Source: Phoronis australis (taxonomy: Eukaryota > Animalia > Phoronida). From it: a stretch of DNA of 48,113 nucleotides. The position numbers and the translations under genes were made by a program. Positions 35,301 through 45,813 of this stretch are shown here, piece after piece (position 1 is the stretch's first letter; every line of letters starts with the position of its first letter). Location: NCBI GenBank assembly GCA_002633005.1, contig NMRA01000035.1:785888-834000 (forward strand). The letters run 5' to 3'. Under the pieces are notes generated by a model. It ran no database searches, was not told the DNA's origin, and saw only the letters and a program-made list of their open reading frames with translations.

Positions 35301-38300
35301 GCTGACTAAGACTTGCTTGTATATCCTGGACAGAAATGATTACACAACACAGGCATTTTAACAAAAATGCACAGAACAATAATGGAAGAAAAACTACTCC
35401 TGTAATTGCTGAATTGCCAATCTGCACAATATCCCCCACCCACCAACCATTGGCAACCTGAACCCATCTTACCCATAGTGGGGCTCGCCCATTCTCATTG
35501 TGCCATCAGAGCGACACACGATGTCATCCCTAGCACCAGGTATGAACTGGGCCAGCCAACCGATGCTGCCCACAAAGAAGCAAGCATTGATGAAGAAGAG
35601 GATAAGAGCGGGATACTTGTTGGCGTTCTTCCAGTCAATGAGGAACGTCAGCTGAAAGCACAGAGACAGTACCGTGATTATCATATGGGATATTTGTATG
35701 ACGAAGATTCAAACAAAATGTCAGTATCAGTTAAGATATTCATATCAACACGGTATGTTACTCCTGGTATTCAAACAGAGATGACATTATCGTTGCAGTT
35801 CAAGATGTTTATGCCAAGACGATGTTTTACCACACCGGGTAAAACAATAACGTTATCTTCATCCAGATTTACACACAAACGATGTCCTTACAAATTGAGA
35901 TACGTATTAGCCTTCTCCTGAAATGAGTTCCACGACTGTCTAGTTTTGTTGAAGACTCGTAAATTCCAGGTAATTTTTTTACAAACAATTTCAGGAGATA
36001 CGGCAGAAATACATCACTGTAGGACACAATAGAGCAAGTAAAGGAACTTCAATTTTGTCTAATTTCTCTACCAATAACCAGTAAGAAAATTTCATTTCAT
36101 TGTCACCATAGCTTGTACAGTAGATGTCACCAGACAACAGTTGGCAAAGTTTCAAGAATTTACTGCAACATAGTATGCCAAGCCAAATTGCAACAATTTT
36201 GGTCCCAAATTGCGAAAACTTTTTACCGTAACTTCTAGTCTCATTGCAATAAGTTCAAACAGTCAGAAACATTTCACGAACAAAAGCCACAAGAAACAAA
36301 TATCAACATTTTCAACATATCAATTTACTTGAAATAATGTCTGCACACAATGAAATAAGGAGATGGAGGATTTTACTCGAGACAAGAAGAGTCAAATAGT
36401 AGAAAACTCGAGAAAGGACGAAGAGCTGTCACTCAACAAATTACAATTCAAAAAATTTTATCCACAGCAAATATCCATCAATTAGGAGTGCTGTTGTCAA
36501 TAAGATCTAATGACATCACAAATAACTTGGTGACATGAAACCTGTGGTTTATGATTCGTTTTATGTGGTGAGCTTCAACTTCATGCGATGATGGCGTGAG
36601 CCTTGAGAATGTTTCAGCCAAACCATTGGTCAATCTATGGACCAATTCAACGCATTCTGAAGGCCACTTTTACTTTCATTTTTGTATGACAGTTGCATGT
36701 CCTACACACCAAAAAACATGTTGCAAGTGACTAACATTGACGTCCGCCATGTTTTGTGATGTCACCTGATGTTCACAAGCTAATAACTCCAACAACAATG
36801 CGCTTGAAAAACAACAGCAACACCGCTAATTGATTAAGATTTGCAGCAGATGAAATCCCCTGAATTGTTAGTTTACAGGGTCCCCAATGCCTCAATTTTG
36901 GTGCCACATATGGGGCCCTTTCCCTATGAAGAAAAATCAAAATCATGCAAAAATTCCCCTTATCAGGGAGCTGGTGAAGATCAGACGGAGGATTTTCCCC
37001 TCAACCAAAAGATTACAATCTCAGAAGGCACAGACACCTTTCTCCTCGGGTGACCACGGGGAGACAGTGTAGCCGCGTGAACAGAACCAGTTTGTGATTC
37101 AAGTAACTAAGGATGACAGCAGCAGAAGTGATAAGTGTCACTTATAAATCTATATACTTGGCAACACTCAATAAACATCAACATATATAATATCCCCTCT
37201 TGCATAAAAAAACAGAGATTGAGGCGTCAGTAGTACAAAAAATCCTGACAACAAGTCGCAGCATCAATGCACCACGCCACATCTTTTCATAAATTCATGA
37301 ACATGACCTCACTCAACACAGATAACATAATAAATGTCACCCTCTCGTCATACTTCTCACAATAAGCACCCACTCTAAGACCATGTTTGCTTAACTGATT
37401 AACAGCAGTGTGTGCATCAAATCAAAACCACATTTGTTTCAACAACACTGCACATATTTAAGGTTACGTAGGACTTTAGAAAATGTCTAATTTTAATTTC
37501 AGAACATCGTATCTCAGAAATGGATAACTGAATTCTTACAAAACTTTCAAACACTGTTAGGTTTTTAAGATGTTCCATATTTGCTAAGGACCTATCCAAA
37601 ATATGACTTTTAGCATTTTCATGAAAAAGTCAGAAGTGGCACAAAACGAGATGATACTACAGAAAACTGTAACAACCTTTTGTTCTATCTTGAACACTGA
37701 TATCCAACAAAGCTCAATCGTGTTACAGATCAATGTGCTTTTCCTTTCTGTTAAATTTCACTAAAGACATGCTCACGTGACCCAATTAATGCCAGATTGG
37801 TAAAAGTAAAAAATCAAAATTCTAAAGGATTTCTACTTTCAGAAATTAAATGCTTTTACTGAGTTTAACCACATAGTTTTGCAGATATTTTCCTAAATAC
37901 ACAGTGTCCTACATAACCTTTAAGTGAGAGATACAATACCAGCATCAGGAAAGTAAGCACAGAAAGCAGAGACGACAGAGATCCTGGTGGTGACAGAGGA
38001 GATCACTAACCTGTACCAGAGATAACTTACCTTCTCCCTTCTGTAGGCAAAAGGATAAGAAAGTATATTAGTGTGACAAAGAAATGTTAACAGTTAAGTG
38101 CCAGCTTATCTAAAGAAGTTACAGCGGACTATTCAAGGACATTTCATTTCCCAGTTTTCCTTGTTCAGGTTTATAAGACACATTCATATGGAAGACAGTT
38201 GTCACGGAGCAACTATCACGGAACAATTGATCGGGCGCAAGTGTGTGTGTAAACACGACTGACACGGATCAAGTTGACACCATGATGGCCACTTTTGACA

Positions 38301-41300
38301 TCGTTTTGAAAGGTGGAGCAAGTTTCACTGCATCAGTTGCTCCGATGTAAACTACAAGTCTAAACACAAACTGGGGCAAGGCGGAAGGGACCCATCTCTG
38401 TTACGATTGCGCAACAGAGTATATGTGGGTGATCCACTGGCATTCCACGTGGTTTGGACATTCGCTATAGTAAATGCAACTAACCACAACAATTCCCCGT
38501 GTAAACGCAGCTAGAGAAATCCTTTTAAGTAAGAGGCTACCTTTGACAGCATGGATCAAATTTCTTAAATGAATTTTTTAAATATTAATAGTAGATCCAT
38601 AAAACCATGTATTTTTAAAATCCTTGACGATCACATAATCTTTATCTTATTTGCAAAAAATGCTGTCCAGTTGTTCAATACCATGCGACTGCGAAATCTC
38701 GATTTTTAACATAGATCGCTGTACTTTCAGCAAACACGACTTTCACATGAAACTCATAAATACCAGTTCCTTATTCTATTAGCTAGCTACAAAAGCACGC
38801 CTGTAACAGAACAAGACCTTTTAGCACATCCCAGACACGCTTTTGTAGCTAACAGAATAGACAAACAACTTACTTGTTTAATGAGAATCGTGTTTGTGCA
38901 ATTTCCTTAAAAATCTTTATTTTTTAGAAAGAACACACCTTTCATGAAGATAAAACATCTTGTGACTTTAGAAATTAAGTTTCATGAGTTTACTACTATT
39001 ACTGAAAAAGTTGTTTAAAAAATTCAATCCTTGTTAATGAAGATAGCATATTACTTTAACGATGTATTTTTAATATCTTTCTCGTCTACATGCTGATCTG
39101 GATGAAGAGTTTCATCAAAGTGGTATGTGAAATCGAACGACAAAAGCGAGCAATTTGAAAATGCAATGTGTTTCCGATTTGGAGACTCAGTCTGTCCAGT
39201 GTGACATGCTCTGAACCCAACAACTTCTTTTCGTTAGAATTACTTCGCAAAAACAGACACAGAATGAATTAAATGAGGAACCATTACAATAAAATTTTAC
39301 CAATATCAGACAAACATAATTGCCAAAACTGATAGCAATTATTTTTTCAAAAGCCTCTTATATTGAACATTATGAATGCCCACAATTTTTCAAAATACTA
39401 TCTGCTGTTAACTATGGTATAGAATTTTAAAAATAATTTGTAAGCATTTGTTTGGTGCAGGAAGATGAAAAAAGTAAAATTTCACTGGTCCGCCATGTTG
39501 TGTCCTAAATTGGTGAGATTTCAAACTGTAAAATACAATTTTCCTGTTTAAAACTAGTCCAAGCCATGTTTAAAACTAAGCTGTAATACTGTTTGCCCAA
39601 GCTTATCAAAATGTCAATTCTGTTAGTCCAGGGACTAGTGCTAGGAAACTACGCACTTTTTAGAGAAGTTGTTAGAATGCCACTAAATGAGAAATTGACA
39701 TTAACTAACAAAGCGTTAGTCTACTAAACGCACTTTGCACTTGTGTGTCACTTTGGTCGAGGCGGGGTGAAAACAGAACATACCAGAGTAAAGAGGGTAC
39801 ACAGGAGACAAAGTGTCCCACACACTGCGATGAATGTATGCACATGACCATGTTCTTGGTCTGTGAACAAGGGGTTCTGGCACTGGACACCACAACCTTC
39901 CACGTCCTCATACCAGCTTTCCTTGTTCTCTGTCTTCACTAGAGGGCGCTCACACACTGCTGTTGTGTTGAACTGGAGCTTCGAGACCTCGTTCTACATG
40001 AAGCAAAAGAAGGTTTTACCGTAATGGTTAAGTTGAATGTGTAAAAATCCAAGTACATCAGTAATCAATAGCAACGCTTGTACTAAATTTAGGTCTAGTA
40101 CTGATAAATGAGCGCATGTGCTCAATCAGTTGCTTGAAGTCGCTTTAGGTCAAAGTTCACATTTTCCATATAATTGAAATGTGCTACATCTATGTCATGC
40201 CATACCAAATAAGGAGACATGCTTTGCTTTGTGGGAGAAAAATTGACAACGAAGCGAGCAGGTGACAGATCGTTTTATTTTTTTAATTTAAACTTAATAG
40301 AAAATGCTTTGATGTCAACAGAAATTATGAATCTTTAAAAACAAACCCTAAAAATACCTGACGAGCAGGTTAAATTATGTTTCAGTGGCAGAAAACCACT
40401 TTCAATATTGCAGTTTATTCCGTTAATCGCGTTCTAGTCAAGTTGGAGATGATAACTGGGCTCAGAAAGAACTAACAGTTCATTATTGCTCAACACCAGA
40501 CTTGTCATAAAGCGTGTTATTTTATCCATCGATCACAACGGTCTCAAGGAATAGCAAACTATCCCTTTTCAACAGAGTAAGGAAAACGTTGAGCCCAAAT
40601 TTTTAATGGCAAGTCGTTAAATAAAAAAATTCTCCAACTGAAAGGAGTTCATTGCCACTTTAACTCCTAATTCAATCCTCTACAAATTAACACATCATGT
40701 TGTTAGATACAATTTTATTGGAAACCAGAGAATAGCAGCTTCATTGTTAGGTCAAGAGTCAGGCTCTCACTTCACCAGTATCAGGTTTGTATGTATTGAA
40801 TAAGTCCCTAAGACTTGTACATTGTGTTCCATCCAACTGGATTAACATACATTCAACAAGACTCCAGTGTTGAATACACAGACTTAGTCATATTGTGTTG
40901 ATTCAAAATATTGCAGAGCAACATGCCTTGGTCATCTTAGACATAGGGAGACCATATGAAAATGAAGCACAGAGGTCAAAGGTCATTGCTTGAAAACAAT
41001 ATGATGTTGCTGACTATTTCCTCCGCACAGTTTAGACTGATTTAGCATAGTGATATGCATGTAAATTTCTGCAGTTGAACTTAAGCATGCAAATAACGAC
41101 AACCAAGAACCAATAACTTGAATAGTGCAACCCCTACTGAGACAGAAACCAGAGCCCTGAAAGTAGGTTGTCAACTATAGAAAATCTAAATAAATGGCTC
41201 TTTGATAGCCATTGTGTCCTCAATGGATACATTAACACATAGCTGAATGTCTTCATAACTAACAAAAGGATATTGGGGAAAGCACTTGTTAATAGGACAC

Positions 41301-42202
41301 TGACTTGGAGACAGCACAGGTTTGGCCAGTGTTCTTGAGAAATGCTCTTGGCCTCTTGAAAAAAATATTTTGCATACCACAAAAACAAATACTGCCAAAA
41401 TAAAAATCTGCTTTCTTATCATGAGGCGGCAGAAAACAGAAAAACCCTTCTTTAGAGCATGCTTAACACTTTCATCCATTAGGATGAACAATATCATTAG
41501 GCCAGGTGAAGCAGTTAGCTGGTTAATTTTATCAAAACATCTGGAGACCCACTGAAATATTTCTACAGAACAGTTGCTTGTGGAGCAACCTGGTCCCTTC
41601 TGTTGGGAATTGATCAATCCCCAAGAAAAGCAGTCAGGCCCAAGTGGCTATACAACATCGCCAGAAATACTTCAGTGAGTTTTTTTATTCGCTTTGTAAA
41701 ATGACAAAATAAAACTGACAAAAAGAAAAACAAGGTTGCTTAAACAAATGATATTTCTCTGGTTTTGCTTTACCTGGCAGCCTTTGGAATAAATGTCTTT
41801 ATCGCATAGCAAGAATTCAGGCCATCCGTTCGTGGTGTTGACAATCCGACAAGGATCTCGAGTCACCTCACACAATTCCTTGGTTGGTAACACAGCCTTA
41901 GTGCCATTGCACTGAGGCATGTAGACGGCACAGAGCAACGGTTGTATGACCGCCCAGCACTGGGGGACGTTACGTAGACCACTCCACAGCTTCAACTTTT
42001 CTTGGACCTCGTCTTGGGTTGACGAGTCCGTGGCAAACTCCAAAGTTGTGTACTTATACGGCAGTGGTGTTCCGAGGCATGTGGTGAAATTCAGCGGCTC
42101 ACATTTTGCAGACTTGACGCAGTTAGGATAAAGCGATGAGGATGCAAAGGACTTGGATGACAGAGCTAGCACCAGGCTTAGATACCAAACAGCAGTTGGC
42201 AT
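28719..42202 (-). CDS. smo: Smoothened (class F GPCR, Hedgehog pathway transducer); 11 coding exons, 814 aa. join complement: 41774-42202, 39784-39993, 35473-35651, 34963-35182, 33945-34068, 32738-32830, 32151-32259, 31552-31737, 30481-30617, 29650-29787, 28719-29338
   Basis: Signal peptide, Smo-type CRD ([27 protein letters not shown]), 7 TM segments and Smo tail motifs. All ten introns are GT..AG with compatible phases (0,0,2,0,1,1,2,2,1,1). Exon lengths sum to 2445 nt including the stop codon. Confidence 0.97.
29650..29787 (-). CDS. smo: smo coding exon 10: C-tail with SSAWA...RRRGG motif
   Basis: CAG|[45 protein letters not shown](D)|GTAATC, 138 nt. Confidence 0.93.
30041..30184. mobile_element. 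144-bp GC-rich mini-MITE (internal dimer) in smo intron 9, with 12-bp perfect TIRs and a 5-bp direct repeat
   Basis: GATAA|CATGGGCGGCGC ... GCGCCGCCCATG|GATAA, containing two copies of GGGGGCT..AGCCCCC(C)ACTTTTTTCAGTGCT.CGCCGC.CATG. Confidence 0.8.
30481..30617 (-). CDS. smo: smo coding exon 9: proximal C-tail
   Basis: CAG|[45 protein letters not shown](G)|GTGAGT, 137 nt. Confidence 0.93.
31552..31737 (-). CDS. smo: smo coding exon 8: ECL3, TM7, helix 8
   Basis: TAG|[61 protein letters not shown](K)|GTAGGT, 186 nt. Confidence 0.95.
32151..32259 (-). CDS. smo: smo coding exon 7: TM6
   Basis: CAG|[36 protein letters not shown](I)|GTGAGT, 109 nt. Confidence 0.95.
32400..32559 (-). mobile_element. 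tRNA-derived SINE (Pol III head) in smo intron 6; 3' boundary uncertain
   Basis: Minus strand reads GGAGACAATGTGACTCAGTGGTTTGAGCTCGGGACTTTTGTATGGGAGACCCAGGTTCGAATCCTGG: A box TGACTCAGTGG, B box GGTTCGAATCC. No intact acceptor stem. Confidence 0.7.
32738..32830 (-). CDS. smo: smo coding exon 6: ICL3 (not in the ORF track)
   Basis: CAG|[31 protein letters not shown](G)|GTAAGT, 93 nt. Confidence 0.93.
33095..33584. mobile_element. Diverged copy of the TTAA-type MITE at 37461-37919 (left end uncertain)
   Basis: Shares TCGTATCTCAGAAATGG, AAATTTCACTAAA..GACATG.TCAC...ACCCAAT, TTTCTAC.TTCAGAAA and terminal CCTA.ATAACCT. Confidence 0.65.
33945..34068 (-). CDS. smo: smo coding exon 5: ECL2 and TM5 (not in the ORF track)
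   Basis: CAG|[41 protein letters not shown](G)|GTATGC, 124 nt. Confidence 0.95.
34963..35182 (-). CDS. smo: smo coding exon 4: TM3-TM4
   Basis: CAG|[40 protein letters not shown]...LSISQ|GTATGT, 220 nt. Confidence 0.95.
35473..35651 (-). CDS. smo: smo coding exon 3: ICL1, TM2, ECL1
   Basis: CAG|[36 protein letters not shown]...GEPHY(G)|GTAAGA, 179 nt. Confidence 0.95.
37461..37919. mobile_element. Kolobok-like (AG...CT ends, TTAA target) MITE in smo intron 2
   Basis: TIR AGGTTACGTAGGAC matches right-end reverse complement AGGTTATGTAGGAC (13/14). Flanks are TTTA and TTAA. Confidence 0.75.
38528..39055. mobile_element. Near fully palindromic (foldback) MITE with TTAA-type flanks in smo intron 2
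   Basis: Left AGTAAGAGGCTACCTT...GGATCAAATTTCTTAAA matches right reverse complement AGTAATATGCTATCTT...GGATTGAATTTTTAAA. Inner pairs are AAACACGA/TCGTGTTT and TAGCTACAAAAGC/GCTTTTGTAGCTA. Confidence 0.75.
39784..39993 (-). CDS. smo: smo coding exon 2: linker domain and TM1
   Basis: TAG|[19 protein letters not shown]...CLLCTLFTL|GTATGT, 210 nt. Confidence 0.95.
41774..42202 (-). CDS. smo: smo coding exon 1: signal peptide and cysteine-rich domain
   Basis: GCC-ATG start, [16 protein letters not shown]...[11 protein letters not shown], donor CAG|GTAAAG, 429 nt. Upstream acceptor TTACACAG| at 42231. Confidence 0.95.
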
Positions 42203-42950
42203 GGCTGTCAGTGTGGTACCTTTGTTGCAACTGTGTAATGCAGGGAAAGTAAATTAAAGGAACGGTGCATGTGGCCAGGAATAGTTATTTACATCTTTTC
42301 AGAATGTGGCGAAGTCGATCCTATATGGTCCTGAAAAAAATAAGTTACATATAATAATTGAGGCGACTGGAATCTAGCAACTACCATCATATGGCAAGAA
42401 ATCTTACTTACAGAGGTATTTGCTCGAGTTGAAAGGACTTCCAGACATCGACGGACTCCAAAGGTGTCTATCATGCTCAAAGTACTTACAGCGATGTGAC
42501 TTTGATGGCTACCATACACTTAACTAAGTAGGCTACTGCGCTAATGGTATCTTCTCCCACTTAATTTAAGGACAGGAAACTGGTTCTCAAAGTCTGAGAC
42601 TAATATGATTTGCCATTGCCGAATAACCCACCAGCTGACTGCATCTACAATTTCATTCTGTCAACGACGGAGTGAGTCTCTTGTCAAGGTTTATGGCCAA
42701 TCATAGACTATATCTATGGGCCAATAACAGTTTTGATTCATCTCGGTATAAACTCGCCAACTCGGACGAGATGAGTTCCATGATGATGGAAAACTCTCTA
42801 GTGGTCATTGTTCTAGATCATACTTACGTCTAGGAAAGACGGTCAGCAGTATCTGTAATCTACAATGCTTTAATACACCCTATCCAAACAACAACCAAAC
42901 GGCCGATTTAACAATAAAATATTGTGAGCAAATAGAGAAAACAAACTTAC

Positions 42951-43050
42951 CCATCAAAGCACTGACTGCTCACACAAGAATGAAGGGATATACCATTTTG
43001 AGAATAGTCAATTAACCTACGAAAGCTATAGATGAGCATGAATTCAATAA
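42951..43050 (-). other. smo: Candidate non-coding first exon of smo (5' boundary unknown)
   Basis: Strong donor GATGG|GTAAGTTTG at 42951/42950 could pair with the pyrimidine-rich acceptor 28 nt upstream of the ATG (42231). Confidence 0.5.
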
Positions 43051-43264
43051 AGCTAGTCAAAATGGGATCTATTTATATTTTAGTATAACTGGTTAGTTGA
43101 TTCTTTGACGTTTTATTTATGGTTATCCAAAAACTCTGTTTTGTTTCGATATGTTTAAACGTATGCTCCTTACACCTGCATGGACATGCGCAATAGCTTT
43201 GTACAGAAAACTTAGCTCTCATCTCTCATCTCGTTGCCGGATGGGGGGTCAAGTTGGCCTAGTG

Positions 43265-43362
43265 GCATCGTCTCTTGCTCTCATATATACCTTGGTCGAA
43301 TCGCTTCTCTTAGCATCATCTCTTGCTCTCATAAATATCTTGATCGAGTCGTTTCTGTGAGC
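43265..43362. repeat. Two-copy ~48-bp tandem repeat upstream of smo
   Basis: GCATCGTCTCTTGCTCTCATATATACCTTGGTCGAATCG vs GCATCATCTCTTGCTCTCATAAATATCTTGATCGAGTCG. Confidence 0.7.
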
Positions 43363-43552
43363 CTATCACGGAATATTGATGATTTTTGACTGATAATAAT
43401 ATAAGTTTGTCTCAGTGCTTCAGTATAGTGTCAAACTACTCCTAATGTCATAATTTCCGAAGAAGCAAAACAATTTAACTGGGTTGCCGTTCAGCTGAAA
43501 ATTTAGGATATCCATTCATTTACAGGATGGACTCGAAAAAAACAGATCTATT

Positions 43553-43686
43553 CAGGGATGGATCCCGACTTTTGAGTTGAGGCAGGATTTTGCCCGTCAG
43601 ACATTCGCACCCGGCCCCCGAACTGCGGCCAGATGGAATCTGAGAATTTTAGGAGAGGCATGGCCCCCTTCTAAATCCGCTTCTGC
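43553..43686. mobile_element. Decayed short MITE with CAGGGGCGGATC-type termini
   Basis: Left CAGGGATGGATCC; right GGCCCCCTTCTAAATCCGCTTCTG (reverse complement CAGAAGCGGATTTAG). Same end family as 25239 and 25646. Confidence 0.45.
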
Positions 43687-45813
43687 TATTTGCAAGGAAT
43701 TTTCCTGGAAAGCCACCCTTTCGTGTAAGGTCTTTTAGAAATATCATCCTTGTTCCAAAACTACCGTAGTAGCCTTTCGTGAGAATTTTTAGACAGGCCC
43801 GGCGAAGAGATGCGACCATGTCGTAAAAAATCGAGCACATCTTTTGCAAGCAAAGTTTTCAAATTTAGACTATATTAAAACGGCAGGTGGTTTGCGTAGA
43901 AAAAAATTCGATCCAGACCACGTACTTCACCGCACTTGCTTCTATTACGCCATTTTAGTACTTGATCGTGAACTTTGCAATTGTAAATAAGCTCCTTTCA
44001 CACTTAGCCTACAATACATAGCGATAGGCCGTGAATCCATCTTTTTTCGCAACAAACAACCTTTGATTTAGACCACTTACTTGGTCTCTATATAGTGAGA
44101 CAAAATTGAGATGTGATTTTGGGCTTGGGAAGAGCTGACAACTCCTTATTGCTCGATACCAGGCTCTGCTGGATGACTTGTGGTGGCCGTCATTTTAGCG
44201 CCGCCGCATGACCTGGACCGAAAACGTCAATTCTTTTGCAAGACCAAAAAACAATTCTTGTCTGTAAGTGACAAACTGAGACCAATTTAGGTGTCCCTAA
44301 ATCGAAATTAGTTTCTTCCGACGGAACGCGGATTTATCATCTGAGGTAAGTGCTAAACTTCAGGGGTGGACTTGCCATTTAGGGTTTGAAAATCAGCATT
44401 ACCCCGCTCACCGATCTTGAATTGTTGCCGAGTGAGCCAGCTTTCCAGTCAATCGTCACAAGGAATGCTTACATGCCCCAATTTCGAATTAGCATAATAA
44501 TTGGATTGACCAACCCCGAATCAGAAATCCAAAAGCGTTTTTCTTGAGTCGCTGTTGGTTTCGATGTTCTTGTCGGTAAATCCGATCCCGGTAAGGAATA
44601 TTATGAGATCAATTTATGAGATTAAAAGGCCTAATTCAATTATTATTTTAGCTAGCTGAACAGCGTGAAGTTCAGCTTTAAAATCATTCTGTCGATATAA
44701 AGTTGGGAAGATCTTCGAATTCCCAAAGTGACCTCGCCGCAGTAAATGAAATTGGAAAAGCCATTATTTCGCAGGAACACAGGTGGCGAAAAAGTACCCT
44801 TTTGAGCGGCGGGACTCGTATACCCCTTCTATGGGAGTCACCTTCTAGCTACTTAGACCATAGCAACAGCATATAGGAATCAAAAGGGCAAATTCTCCCT
44901 CCCATCCCACAAGAAAGGGGGCCTTCCATGACGGGAGGGAGACCTTGTAACTCAAAGGTGCACCTCTGAGCCGGGTAGCTATGATGAAAGGACAGGTTCT
45001 CAAAAATAGGGGAAAACGATTATTCAAGAAGACTCGCGCCTCCGAGAGGGGGTCCGTGAATATGAAAGAGCAACAGTTGCATGGTTCCATAATCTCTTGC
45101 CAGAGCGGAATCTCTGAAAAAACGGTGGAGTGTGTCATATGGATATTTTAATAAGTTTGTACACTTCTCTGATTCTTGAGAACCATTGCAACTGATTAGT
45201 TACATTCATTAAATGTCGACTTGCTTCAAATAACTCCATCTCAGAAAGTTTTTTCCATAAATAATACAAATAATCGATGCATTAAAACATTTCGCATTCA
45301 CACTCTGATAAGCCTTCTCTGAAGTTAAGTCAAAGGAAAGTTGATCCTGGTCTGAACCCCGACTTATTTTAAGACCTGCGCTCGCCGACTAAGAAACAAC
45401 CGTATTAATTTCAGCTAAGGTTTCTTTTTTCTGAAAACCTGCTCAAAGGCACGTAAACAAGGGTAAGCAAGGTTTGAAACCCCACGATTTGCTAAGGATT
45501 GATAAAAATGCCGCATCATTTTTGCTCGTCTCAAGTGGATATTCTATTTTGAAAAATGAACACTGAACTAAAAACATACCGTAATGTTATACTGCTGCTA
45601 TCGCATGTAAAACTTCATGTCCTATCCGTGGAAACTAATTTCGTTTCAATTTGTCCGTTAATTGACAAACTGAAAGCAAGCGATGCCGGCAACTATATAC
45701 AACTCCAACATTTCTTTATTTTACGGGCATACATCAAATTCCTATCCTTTTTCCATGCCGATGTCCATTTGCACAAATCATCAAAACTTAATGAACGTGG
45801 TTTATGTAAACTC

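Noticed and set aside
35406-35921. 171-aa plus-strand ORF (and similar ORFs at 28634-28948, 29619-29849, 39745-39942, 41946-42131)
   Set aside because: These are antisense shadows of smo exons with no independent features.
41186-41617. 143-aa minus-strand ORF in smo intron 1
   Set aside because: No ATG start in good context, no recognisable domain, and it is not needed for the Smo reading frame.
41672-41773. Read-through of smo exon 1 giving a CRD plus hydrophobic tail (176-aa truncated isoform)
   Set aside because: A canonical donor at 41774 joins in frame to the next exon at a conserved position. The hydrophobic extension is explained by T-rich intron sequence, and nothing indicates intron retention.
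28719-42202. Frizzled rather than Smoothened
   Set aside because: It lacks the Frizzled KTxxxW motif (has KASVDAW). It has the Smo-specific [25 protein letters not shown], IAKAF and SSAWA motifs and a long tail.
44030-45140. GC-richer region with a plus-strand donor (GAG|GTAAGT near 44345), a weak inverted repeat (44065-44305) and a 97-aa ORF
   Set aside because: I could not assemble a consistent gene or element, and there are no recognisable protein motifs.
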